Shown one piece after another: positions 51,321-64,000 of a DNA stretch of 64,000 bases. Below the pieces are notes generated by a model. That model saw only the letters and a program-made list of their open reading frames with translations, searched no databases and had not been told where the DNA came from. Numbering within the stretch: the first letter of the stretch is position 1; each line of letters opens with the position of its first letter. This stretch comes from Octopus sinensis (lineage: Eukaryota). The DNA lies in NCBI RefSeq assembly GCF_006345805.1, contig NC_043000.1:126728001-126792000 (forward strand), read 5' to 3'. The position numbers were made by a program, and so were the translations under genes.

Positions 51321-51921
51321 TTAAGTTGGAGGAGGTCCGTCTGTGTAATGAAGCATTGATGTTAATGATCGCCGCATATTGTTTGATAGAGCACAACTGT
51401 AATCCTCTTGCGTCATTGGCAATAAAGATGCTAGTCCGAGTAATAAAAGTAAAAGAATTTGCAGCGGTAAAGCTGCACGTACTGCTCTACGACAGAATGA
51501 AGAACAACATGTTCCTGGAGATTCAACACTTTCCTCATCAGGAATTAGGACAGGAGCAACAGGTTTTATTGAACTGTCTGTTTCATCTTGCAATGGGGTT
51601 TTAGCGGCCTTTAATTTTATTGTTTTTGGAGTTTTGACAAATAGCTGTCTTGCACCTGAACTCTTCTTCTTCCTTGTTGGACCCTGCATTATTTTTGGTC
51701 CTGCTGGTATAATTGGAGAAGGCACAGTTTCACTTGTTGGAGACGATTCTCTACTTGATCTAGAAAGTGTCACAGGGGTGATGGGTGGCAATACTCTTGA
51801 ACGCATTGATGAGTCACCTGATTCAGCAACCGGAGGTCTGCCAATGTCAGCAGGCTGAGTCTCACTTTTGGCAACTTCTTTCTTTATTTCCTCAGTTTTG
51901 TTTCCATTATAAGTGTCGCCA
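51321..51921 (-). CDS. SYNE1: Terminal coding exon of a nesprin/SYNE-like (MSP-300/ANC-1 family) outer-nuclear-membrane protein: S/P-rich linker, transmembrane helix and C-terminal KASH domain
   Basis: Translation ends FCRRAVRAALPLQILLLLLLGLASLLPMTQEDYSCALSNNMRRSLTSMLHYTDGPPPT*, with the PPPX end, Tyr-7, Cys-23 and RAALPLQ motif of nesprin-1/2. Acceptor ctgtttatcttccttctag|T at 51922/51921 (phase 2); TAA at 51323-51321. The symbol denotes the family, not proven orthology. Confidence 0.95.
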
Positions 51922-52531
51922 CTAGAAGGAAGATAAACAGAATAGAATATTTTATATATGCCATACATATTTGCTATGTACACACACACACATATACACT
52001 CACACATGCATACATATGTACATTCATGCACCCCTCCCTCATACACATATACTGGAAAAGCAATAGAAATGAGCATAGAAATATGGATATTAAGCAGTGA
52101 TGTACCAAGAGCACAGAAATAGAGGCATAGAAAACAGTGAAGAAAAAATAAACGTTTATAAAATAACTGTTCAATGCTTAAATGAGAGCATAACATACTT
52201 AGTATGAATAGTATAGAACATGTTAAGTAGAGAGAAATAGTACAGACATGCTTTAACTAGATATTGTGACAGACAACTAGAAGATTGTGGTTTGAACATT
52301 GGAAAAAAGATTGCGATTAAGGAGTTGTATTGAATAAAACAGTTAGTAATAAATTATGCAGATTTATTTGCCATTGACATATCTAAGTGGAAATGTGGAT
52401 GATGATTATCCAGATGATGATGACAATGATGATGATGTGAAAGAGGAGAGGGAGGATGATTATTATCACTTGAAATACATCAATTTTAAGTTACAAAGCC
52501 TGGTGTTTGAGACATATGAGATAGTGTTTTT

Positions 52532-52766
52532 ATAGAACTTTTCAGCATTCAGATTACTCTGTCAAATGTAATGCTTATTTATTCACATTGTTTTGGATTG
52601 ATAAATTCAAGCATTATTTCGTAGCTCCAAGTTTTCAATGATATGATTCTGTTTATTTTTAGGATGGCATTGTAGGTTTGAGTGAAAGCCAGATCTGGCC
52701 AGTTTAAACATAAAATATGTAGAATATTTGGGTTGGATATGACCTGTTTAATTACTAAAGGGGTTA
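52532..52766. mobile_element. Probable TTAA-type MITE, degenerate
   Basis: Ends in AAAGGGGTTAA; a partial second copy lies at 52960-53040. Confidence 0.45.
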
Positions 52767-53073
52767 AAATTGAAATGTCATTTTCATAATATTAAGGTAA
52801 ATTTTTCACTTGTTTCTAAGAATGAATTGCATTTAATTTTTCTTCTTTGTCATAAAGTTTAACTCTTTAGATTTGTTTTGAATTAATCATGCATTATCTT
52901 GTAACTTCAAGATTTTGCTTATATGATTGTCTTTAGAATGATATTGTGGAGTTAGTGTGAGAGGCTGGATCTGGCCAGTTTAAATATAAAACAGGTAGAA
53001 TATTTGGGCTGAATATGTCTGATTTAAATGCTTTCCAAGTCATCTCTGATCTTGCAAATCTAACAAAAAAACA

Positions 53074-53626
53074 TGAGGTCTGATCAAAAAGTATTGGGAC
53101 TGGTGCTATAAAAAGAAAACTAAAAACTCCAATTTGGCATTTAATCTCCTTCAAAGTAGTTCTCTTCAGAAGTCACACACTTTATCTAGCATTGTTTCAA
53201 TTGATGAAAGCACTCTTGGAACTTCTTTTTTTGGGATAATGAGCAGCTGTCTTATTGCATTCTCTTAGATTTTGTCAAGATCTTGAAATCATGTTGGGGT
53301 TTTCCATTGCAAGGACTGAGCCTTGGTTTGGGGATCATAGTCATAAATCCACAATTTTTTACTTGTTATGATAATTTTCAAAAGGCTTTTGTCTTCCTCA
53401 ACACAATCAAAGAGATCCTGTACAGCTGAAGCTTGATCTTCTTTTTGAAATGACTGCACTTTACACACTTTACTTCCAAGTTCAGCTATAAACAATAAAA
53501 GTGAGCGAGAACATTATAACTTGGTGTGCAAGTGCAACAGAGTTCAAGGTCAATCTGTGCCAAGCAGCTTCATACTTTAACTCCATTACCATAGCAACAA
53601 TGCTGGTACTTTTTGATCAGACCTTG
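53074..53626 (-). mobile_element. Internally deleted mariner element
   Basis: TIRs TGAGGTCTGATCAAAAAGTA / TACTTTTTGATCAGACCTTG followed by TA; relic peptide LLKIIITSKKLWIYDYDPQTKAQSLQWKTP. Confidence 0.85.
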
Positions 53627-54850
53627 TACCAGCCACAAGCATCTTGTTATTTTTATATGAGGAAATATATTTTCCAGTATGTATCTCTTCCTTGAAAATA
53701 GTAGGCTATGAGTTGAGGTTATTTTGGCTGCTATTTCAAGTAAAGTGACTCCATAGAGGCTTTTTCATTGAGTTATTAACATGCTTTTAATACATACATG
53801 TGAAGGTGAAATAGTCTAAAAGGATAAAATATTTGACTACCATATCTGCAACTGGTTTATAAAGCAATTCAGCATAGGATGCTTAATTCTGTATATAACC
53901 ATTTTATTTCATCTGTCTGTTGGGAATATTTCCTATATTTAGAAATGTGACTGCCAACTGGCTAACATCTTGTCAAGGGGAAAAATTTCTCTCTCATTTG
54001 CTTCACGCTATTGACTTTGCCAACAGCTAAAAAGCATTAGTTTCACAAGCTTTTGTGGCTCATGGAAACATCATTATGTTGCATAGAGACATGTATGAAC
54101 ATATATAAACATTTCATTTCATACAGTTTTTAATATGTATTTACATAACTGGAACACTGAATATAAAGACATGGCCATTGCTAGCAAACTTCATTCAATT
54201 CAATTTGTGCCCAATGTATTCAAATTATTATGAGAATTTGATTTGTTGTAAGAAGTCACATGATTATGCTACTTTGTTAAGCATTTGTTACAGTACATGT
54301 GAATGGTGTGTGTGTAATATCAGCCATGTTTCTAGTTTCTTTTCAATGACTATTTTCTCTTAAATTATAACTCAATATCTTTTATTTAAGTTTTACATCA
54401 AACAACCTTAGTAAATTACTAGCAAATTATTGCTAAGCTTAAAATATCAAATTCAGTTTTTTTCAAAATTAACTTTTACAGCATTAAAAGATGATATTCC
54501 ATTACATTTAATTTACAAATATTACTGAAATATGAAACAGAGTAAAATTTTAATTTAAAAATGCCTAAAGTAAAATAGCAGTAATATATTATTCGATTCT
54601 TAATTCAATCAGTAAATGGAAACAAATAAATACATTAATCAAAGAAATAACTTAAGAAAAACAATATTTCAAAGCAGATATACTTACAAAATGAGGAAAA
54701 TATATTGATAGAAAACATTTGTTATAATTCTTATTAAAAATAATAATCATCTTTACTTCTTCCCTAAAAACATACTTATATCTAAAACTTACTAAAGAAT
54801 TAAGAATACGCCAATTTTACAGATTAATACTCACTGTTGCTGTAACTTAC

Positions 54851-54886
54851 TTGTGGCATTTCAGAGGATGTGAGGAAAGGTTTGTG
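54851..54886 (-). CDS. Candidate 36-nt symmetric micro-exon of the KASH gene
   Basis: taag|CACAAACCTTTCCTCACATCCTCTGAAATGCCACAA|gtaagt with an ACTAAT branch-like motif upstream. Open in the phase-2 frame required by the last exon. The polypyrimidine tract is weak. Confidence 0.3.
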
Positions 54887-55078
54887 CTTAGATTAATATA
54901 TAATTAGTTTAATTTTAATATATGTGCTAAACAGATTTGATTTGGTAAAAAAAGATTTGAAAGGAATGAGAGATGTTCATTGTAAGCATTCAAAGAATTA
55001 GCTAGAAGATAAAGCTAAGAGGTATGGCTCACTAACAGGAGTGACAAAAATTTGTCATTGGCTATTACACACAAACAT

Positions 55079-55118
<40 letters not shown>

Positions 55119-55426
55119 ATATATATTATATATTATATATATACATATACACACACATATACCATAGTTCTGCTTGAAAAGAAAACATTTTGAGAATTTT
55201 TAATTAGATGGAATTAATTATGTATGGATTAATTTTTAGAACTTAGACTACAACAGTGTTCTATATTTTGAGGTTTGTTTATAAGCAGAATAACAAAAAC
55301 AGAAATGACATTTTATTGTCAAGTGCACCTCTAACAATGCAATATTAGTCATCAGAGTGGCTTTGTTTATAGTACAAAAATGGTCATTTATACAGGGTTG
55401 AAACACACAACAGTTTCTTTTTTACA

Positions 55427-55470
<44 letters not shown>

Positions 55471-55754
55471 AATATATAAATATATGCATATATACATACA
55501 TATTTATGTACATACCTACATATATATGTATATGTACATGCATATACAATATGTATGTATATATGTCTATATTTATATATTATTTATATTATTATATGAT
55601 CGAATGCCACACATACTTTTCCAAGTAATATATATATATATTGTAATAGGCTGTGGATATGTTGAAAGGTTATTAACATTTTCTATAATGATATAATGTT
55701 TGATTATTTAATTGGTGAATTTTAATAGAAACTACCCAGGATTGTCATAATCAA

Positions 55755-55808
<54 letters not shown>

Positions 55809-56204
55809 ATATATACATACATATATATTACAAAACATACACACATATTATGTACATGGTATATACATATATATATAACATATAATATAAACACTTACAT
55901 ACATACATATATGCATAGTTGTGTAGTATATTACATACAAATGAGAAAACAATAATAATGTTGAATATTTAATAATTCATATATTAAAAGATATTTTACA
56001 TCTAATCAAATTCTTATTTAATTAATAGTTGTTTGCAGAATAAAAGTATTTCCTGCAAAAGAAAATGTGTTTGTGTTTAATAGAATAAATTGTTGTGAAA
56101 ATAATTGAAATGGAAAAATGAAAAGATGCAAGGAAGTTCAAAGACGTATAAATTGCTTTAAACTAGACCTTATGTTATTCAAATACCTCAGAATATATTG
56201 GCTG

Positions 56205-56960
<756 letters not shown>

Positions 56961-59024
56961 TATATATATGGAAAAGAATTATTTTTTAATTTCTTTGTTT
57001 TGGGTTTTCATCTTCCTAGATTTCAATGTTTAGATATTATTGCAACGGGTATGTACATTTATTGCTCTTGCGATGTAGCTATGCAATGTGGCTTCCTAAC
57101 TACAAAGCATAATATTAAGACTTGGAGATTAAAAAAAAATAATTCTATAGAAATATACCTTATTTTTTGCTCATTCAAATAGGACAAAGTAATTTCCACG
57201 AGATTGCAGTTGTTTAGGAAAGGGATGTTTTGTAGAATTTTACTCAGCTAAGGCCAATAAGGGTGTCCATTAAGAGACATCCCCCACCCTGTCACATACT
57301 TTTTTACTACTTTCAGCTCAAGAACCATGGCCATACTGGAACATCACTAGATATTGTTGCAACAACTTCATTGAATATATCATGAATACATATATACATG
57401 TGTGTGTGTATATATATATATACATATTATGTATGCAGAAACACACAATATTTATTATATATCATATAATATATATAATATAATGTTTGTGAGTATGTAT
57501 GTTCAATAAACTTCTGTCAACCAATAATCACTCAGAAATCCATCGGTCAAAAACATATTAATTAAGTATAATGAAATGGAAACAAAAGTTTTTATTGATA
57601 GTTGAATTTTCAATCTTACACTCGTATTATTGACTTTCTTCTTCTTCATCTTCTTCTCCTCCCACTCATGTTTACTAGGTTACCACTTAGCTTATTAATA
57701 AATAAATATTGTTTAATAATCGCGATGATCTATACATCAAATCCCAGAGTGCTATATGCAATACAGACAGCAAAATGTTGTGCATGAGTGATGTAGAAGA
57801 TTAAGCATTAATGAGCAGAGAGAGAGAGCAGAGGTCGAATGAACATGTTAATAAAAATTATTAGACTACGATCATATAAAACAAGAGTTCATATCTACCT
57901 CAACAGCAGACAATTCTGACAAGACTGTCCTTACTACCTTAACTACCACCATCACAACCATCATTCATGCTGTTACCATAACCACTATTCATCGCAGTCA
58001 TCGCATTACAACTATCATCAATATAATCAATGTAACTATATTACCCCCAATAACAAAATATCACTACTACAATCATCTCGAATGTTGTCACTATGACAAT
58101 AGCTCTATTGCACCCAGTACCAAAACCACCACTACTACAACCTTGACAATCATGACTACTGTTATCACAATATTAAATATCTAGCAAGTGAATAATGTAG
58201 AACTTCAGGCAATTTTTTTTCCAAGCAAAAACATCATCAGGAAATCTTATTATAACAAATTCTGGCTGAATCACAAAAATTTGGCTTAACAACTAGAACA
58301 AATATATCTTTTGTATTAGAATTCTGAAGGAAACGAATAGAAATCAAATGTTTAAAATTACAATGTAATTCAATTTGTTAAAAAAAAACCCCAACAAAAA
58401 CCAGAAAATATAACCCAAAACAAGCACACATGATAATTTTGCTTCTGACTTGTTCGGATGTGTGTTGTGATTTGTGCTTTGTGTTCAGCCACTATTGGTG
58501 ATTCTTATGATTTCAATGATTTTCCAGATCTGTTGGTTTCAATGGAGCCATAATTACAAGACAATTTTGAGATATCATTGTATGGAGGATGGTAGGTCAG
58601 ATGTAATATTGTGAAATTATTTTGATTTATGTCTTAATAAAAAGAGTAGACATACGATATTTTAAAACAAATGAAGAGAGAATGGAAGTTAGCCTGGTGA
58701 ATGAAGATGTACAAAGAACAACTGTATGGATGCTGTTCGTTGTTGCATAGTTTCATCTGTCCTTTTGTTTGTAGTTTAAAAACCAATAAATAATTTAACC
58801 TTGAGCAGTTGTTTTCACTGTCTAAAGAACAAACATTTTTGAGTTATGAAGACTGATCTCAGATATTTTCCACTATCAAGTATTGATCTCAAAAGTGAGA
58901 CAGAACACTTTCTACAATCAGTGGTATCCTTGTAGTATAGTTTCACCTGTCCTTTCTTTTATGGTTTAAAAACTAGGTGGTATTTGAACTCAGAATTTAT
59001 AGGGATGCAACATCATTATTAATT

Positions 59025-59230
59025 TTTTCTCTCTCTCTAGTTTCAGCTCAGAGCTGTGGCCATGCTGATACACTGCCGTTTAAGAGTCAGCAGAAGTTTG
59101 CCAATACCTTCTGCTGGAGCTGTGTGGAGCTTAGGTTTTTCGCTCATAAACACACACATCACCCGGGCTGAGATTTGAACCTACGATCCCTCGACCGCAG
59201 GTCTGCTGCTCTAACAACTAGGCCATGTGC
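59025..59230 (-). mobile_element. tRNA-derived SINE (further family)
   Basis: Head GGCACATGGCCTAGTTGTTAGAGC..GGTTCAAATCT; (GA)n tail. Confidence 0.75.
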
Positions 59231-60348
59231 CTAGTGGTTAGAGTAGCAATGCCTTCTTGCTGAAGATTAGGTTCTTGAATAAAATTGCATCTCATTCTTG
59301 GAAACGTCTATCACTTCTAATAAAAGCCTATCTTTAATTGCTGTTTAACTTCATGCACTATAGGCAATTCTCTCTCCTAACACACTATGAAACCTGTTCT
59401 TCCATCATACTTTAATTTCTCAACACCTTGCCTGAAGTTACCACCTTCTCTCCTCTTGTTCCTCTGAATTATGGGGTCTGTTTAGTCTTGCAAGTAACAT
59501 GGTGATATCACAAGTGCTGGTACTGTGACAAACACTGCGAGTACACTTGGTAAATTGGTTGCCACAAAGAAGGGTAACCAGCCATTGATACCAGTTGAAT
59601 CCTGTCAAACTGTCCAATACATGCAAACATGGAAAGTGGATATAAAATCAAGATGAAAATGATGATGATAATGAAGCATATGAAGTGATGTTAATGCTGA
59701 CAATTTCACTCAACAGAATAGCTATCTACATACACATACACACATGCATACATGACAAGAAACTCTACTTCAACTACAAGCTAGTTAGCTACACATGTAT
59801 AGATGCATATAACAAGACTCTGTATACATCAACTACAAATATATATATAGAGGAACTTAATGCTTTTCTGCTTTTTTTTTTTTTTGGCATGTAAACTCAT
59901 AAATATACATTCAGTATGTATCCAGCCATGCATTTGCATACAACAATAACAATGACAATGACAACAACAACAACACATGAACAATATGTAGAATATATGG
60001 TTTTGTGATTGGTTTGATTCATATTTTACTCTTCCATTTTCAACCAGAAAGTGAATCAGAGAAATACATTATTGTAAGAGCAAAAAAAAAAACCAAAAAA
60101 AAAACAAAGGAAAAAGAAAACCAAAAAACCCCACATGTAATAAATAAATGTATAATAATGTATGAATAGATAAATACATAGAGAAACAAGCCTGCCCCTC
60201 CTAACCAAATAAGCAGCACTTTACCACCTGAAAAGCAGCTCTTTACCATTTGCAATGCAGCATTATATGTGTTAAGAAATGTAAAGCAGCATTTGAGAAT
60301 ACTTCCAACTAGTGTGGAAGATTGCTAAAATTTGAAATGAAGAATATA

Positions 60349-60389
<41 letters not shown>

Positions 60390-60667
60390 GAACAATATAT
60401 GTGTGTGTGTATATATATATATGCACTCATATATATACACACACATATATATATATCCCTCTCTCTCTTTCTCAGAGAGGCACAAGCACCTACACGTACA
60501 TATACACACACAGCAGTAACTTCAAACTCCCAGATTCAATCACAAAGCTTCAGTCGGTCCAGGGCTATAGCAGAAGACACTTGCCCAAAATGCCACGTGG
60601 TGGGACTGAACCCGAAACCATGTAGCTAAGAAGCAAGCTTCCTAACCACACAACCATACCCATGCCT

Positions 60668-60861
<194 letters not shown>

Positions 60862-61458
60862 GTGTGGGTGTGTGTGATTAAGAAGTTCACATCCCAGCTA
60901 TGTGGTTTTGAGTTCAATCCACTATCTGGCACCTTGGGCAAATGTCTTTTACAATAGCCCTGGCTATATTTATATATATATGCCTTACACACAGAAACAC
61001 ACAAATACATACATACATATATATATTATATATATATATATATATACACACACATATATATCATGTGTACACACAGACACACAATATCTATGTAGCACAT
61101 TTCTCTATGTAGTTCTCTGTAATTATATATGTATTTCAACATGAATATATGAATATATACGAGTGACAAAACTCGAGTGAAAAGTGACAACAAAAAAATC
61201 AATCAGATGGTGATAAAGAAGTGAAATAAATACAAGAAAAACACAACACACCAACAAATCCAGCATTTATGCAAGACTGATAAACAGAATGACAGTTATT
61301 GCAGAAACCAAGAAGAGAAGAAAGTTGTGTCAATGAAGCTGTAGACACTCACACACCCATAGAAAGAAAAAAAATTATGTATAAGTGTTTTGTGTTGGCA
61401 TGTACATACATGCATGTGTATGGATGGACATATATATATATATATGTATGTGTGTATA

Positions 61459-61509
<51 letters not shown>

Positions 61510-61797
61510 TATATTATATGTATGTATGTATATATGTATGTATATATATAGTATATATATATATGTATGTGTATATATATATATATATAAATATATATGT
61601 ATGTATGTATATATATATATGTATGTATATATATAAATATATATATGTGTGTGTATATATATATATATATGTATGTATATATATATATGTGTATATATAT
61701 ATATATTATATATATTATATATATATATATATATATGTATGTATATATAAATTACACATATATTTACGTATATATACATACATATATCGATATATAC

Positions 61798-61836
<39 letters not shown>

Positions 61837-62584
61837 AACATACACACAAATACAGACATGTATATATATACATATATATATATATACATCTTTATCTACA
61901 AATATATATATGAAACATTGCATTAAGCTTGCTTAGATTACACACACATACACACGCATGTACGTGTGTGTGCGTGTGTGTATGCGTGTGTGTATGCGTG
62001 TTGTGTGTGTGTGTGTGTATTCATATAAAAGAAAGGAGAGAGAAAACACTTATGAAAAAAGAATAAAAAAAAGGACTTATTCATTGTGGCATAGAGATGT
62101 ATTATATGAGGGAAAAAAAAAACAACTACACATCCATTCATTTATACACATACACATATACATACATGCATACATATAGATAGAGAGATCAGCAGAGAGA
62201 TAGCAAAGAAATGAAGGAATGCTAATCTATTAAAAGTATATATTGGCATCAAGGGTTCTATAAATCCATAGAAATTTCACTACAAAAAACTTATGTAAGA
62301 TAGAGAGTGAAATTAAATAGGAAAAACTTTTTTGTTGTTTAACCCTCAGATCAACCATGATTGAGCAGATATATGATGAAAGGCAATTGTACTATGACCT
62401 TTTAATTGTTTTTGTTCATCTAGGACTACATTAGATAATGTGTTCTTTTCTTTTAAGATAACAGAGTGCAATCTGAGCAAAATTTGACTGCTATTTCTTG
62501 CAAACTGTGTGACCATACTGAACATTGGCTCCCCAACTTTTGTAACTCAGTGTCCTAGTATTGTGTGTTGAAAAAAAAAGCAAA

Positions 62585-62960
62585 GTGCGTGGTAAGTAGC
62601 TTGCTTACAAACCACATGGTTCCAGGTTCAGTTCCACTGCATGGCACCTTGGGCAAGTGTCTTCTACTATAGCCTTGGGCCGACCAAAGCCTTGTGAGTG
62701 GATCTGGTAGACAGAAACTGAAAGAAGTCCATCGTATATATGTATGTGTGAGTGTATATGTTTGTGTGTCTGTGTTTGTCAACTTGACAACTGATGCTGG
62801 TGTGTTTACTTTCCCGTAACTTAGCAGTTCGGCAAAAGACACCGATAGAGTAAGTACTAGGCTTATGAAGAATAAGTCCTGGGGTCGATTTGCTCGACTA
62901 AAGGCAGTGCTCCAGCATGGCCGCAGTCAAATGACTGAAACAAGTAAAAGATTAAAAGAG
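62585..62960 (+). mobile_element. SINE family A
   Basis: Near full-length family homology. Confidence 0.9.
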
Positions 62961-64000
62961 TAAACAAATAGGTTATTTTAATGAGACAGAAGCTAATTTC
63001 ATACAGTGGTTTATCGTCATATTTTTTTTAATATTATTCCATTCCATCCAGCTTATGCTGTTTAATCATCATCAGCATTTAATATCCATGGATTAGACTG
63101 TTTAATTGGAGCTGGCAAATCAGAGGACAGTGCTAAGCTCTGTTGTCTACTTTGGCATGGTTTCTACAGCTGGATGCCCTTCCTAATGCCAACCACTGTA
63201 TAAAGTGTACTGGGTTCTTTTTATGTGGCATCAGCACTGATGAGGTGCACCAAGTAATTTGCAAGAGAAAGACTCCCTCAACTGGGAGGGTGTGTGGAAT
63301 TGAGGGAGGTGACTTTGTGCCAGGTGATGAGTGATTAAACTATGACAGGGGGACAGAAACAGGTGTCTTGCTGTAGAGGAGATATATGGTTACCCCAGTT
63401 GGAGAGGGAGAGAGAGAAGATGGTAGTGATGTGTCAGAGCATACCCTCAAGGTACAAGTAAAAGTAAAGTGTAAAGACCACCCTTTGGTCATGAATAACC
63501 ATGGGATTACACCCAGAAAGTTCCCCTCCAAGGCACAAGTCCAAGCAAGGTTGTTTAAAGAAGATCAGCAGTGAAATAAAGTCTCTTGCTCAAGAACACA
63601 ACACACAAACCAGTCCAGGAATTGAACTCACTACCTCATGATTGTGAGCCCGATGCTCTAACCACCGAACTATATTTCTTGGTGAATGTAAATGGAAAGG
63701 TACAGAGGATTGGCAGGGTGAGTGAGAAGGGAGTTCATGTGAGTGCAAAAAGGGAGAGCAGAAGAGAAGGGGAATACTGTGAGTGTTAAACACAGGCATA
63801 GGGGGAACCATAATGCAGTCATATTCCTCCTCATTGATAACATAGTATATGCATTATTGTACATCATTGATTACATAACCTTTTATCATCTTTGCCAGCC
63901 CACTGCCTCTGCTAATCAATTTCAATGTTTCTCTATTAACTTTAATTTCTTATGTTAACTCTCTTTGTACCTCTCTCTCTTTTACTCCTCCCATTTACAC

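Noticed and set aside
51290-51858. Plus-strand ORFs of 104 and 74 aa
   Set aside because: Antisense shadows of the KASH exon.
51922-52196. N-terminal ~92 codons of the 291-aa ORF
   Set aside because: They lie upstream of a good acceptor and run through (TG)/(TA) repeats, so they are intronic read-through.
58430-58620. GC-richer intronic patch as a possible upstream nesprin exon
   Set aside because: No convincing acceptor/donor pair and no spectrin-repeat-like translation.

Overview
AT-rich, microsatellite-dense animal genomic DNA. The SINE families and overall composition suggest a coleoid cephalopod such as Octopus (inference, no database search). The only recognisable host gene is the terminal coding exon of a nesprin/SYNE-like KASH-domain gene on the minus strand (51921..51321); its upstream intron runs toward the window end. 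The rest is mostly interspersed repeats: at least four SINE/LINE-tail families, R4/Dong-, CR1- and RTE-like LINE fragments, Tc1/mariner relics (one DD37D), hAT- and piggyBac-type MITEs, non-autonomous Helitrons and long (TA)n tracts. Two patterns are not explained by that list. (1) Several small repeats carry minimal type-I hammerhead-ribozyme folds with a palindromic helix-III remnant. The core 3:8 pair co-varies between families: C3:G8 at 47239 and 2377, G3:C8 at 36800, U3:A8 at 10958. (2) About ten local fold-back or inverted duplications occur, often in or beside those same elements. Both patterns resemble Penelope-like-element (PLE) biology, but no PLE ORF is demonstrable here. Coordinates of degenerate repeats are approximate, and nearly all short ORFs in the supplied track are spurious.
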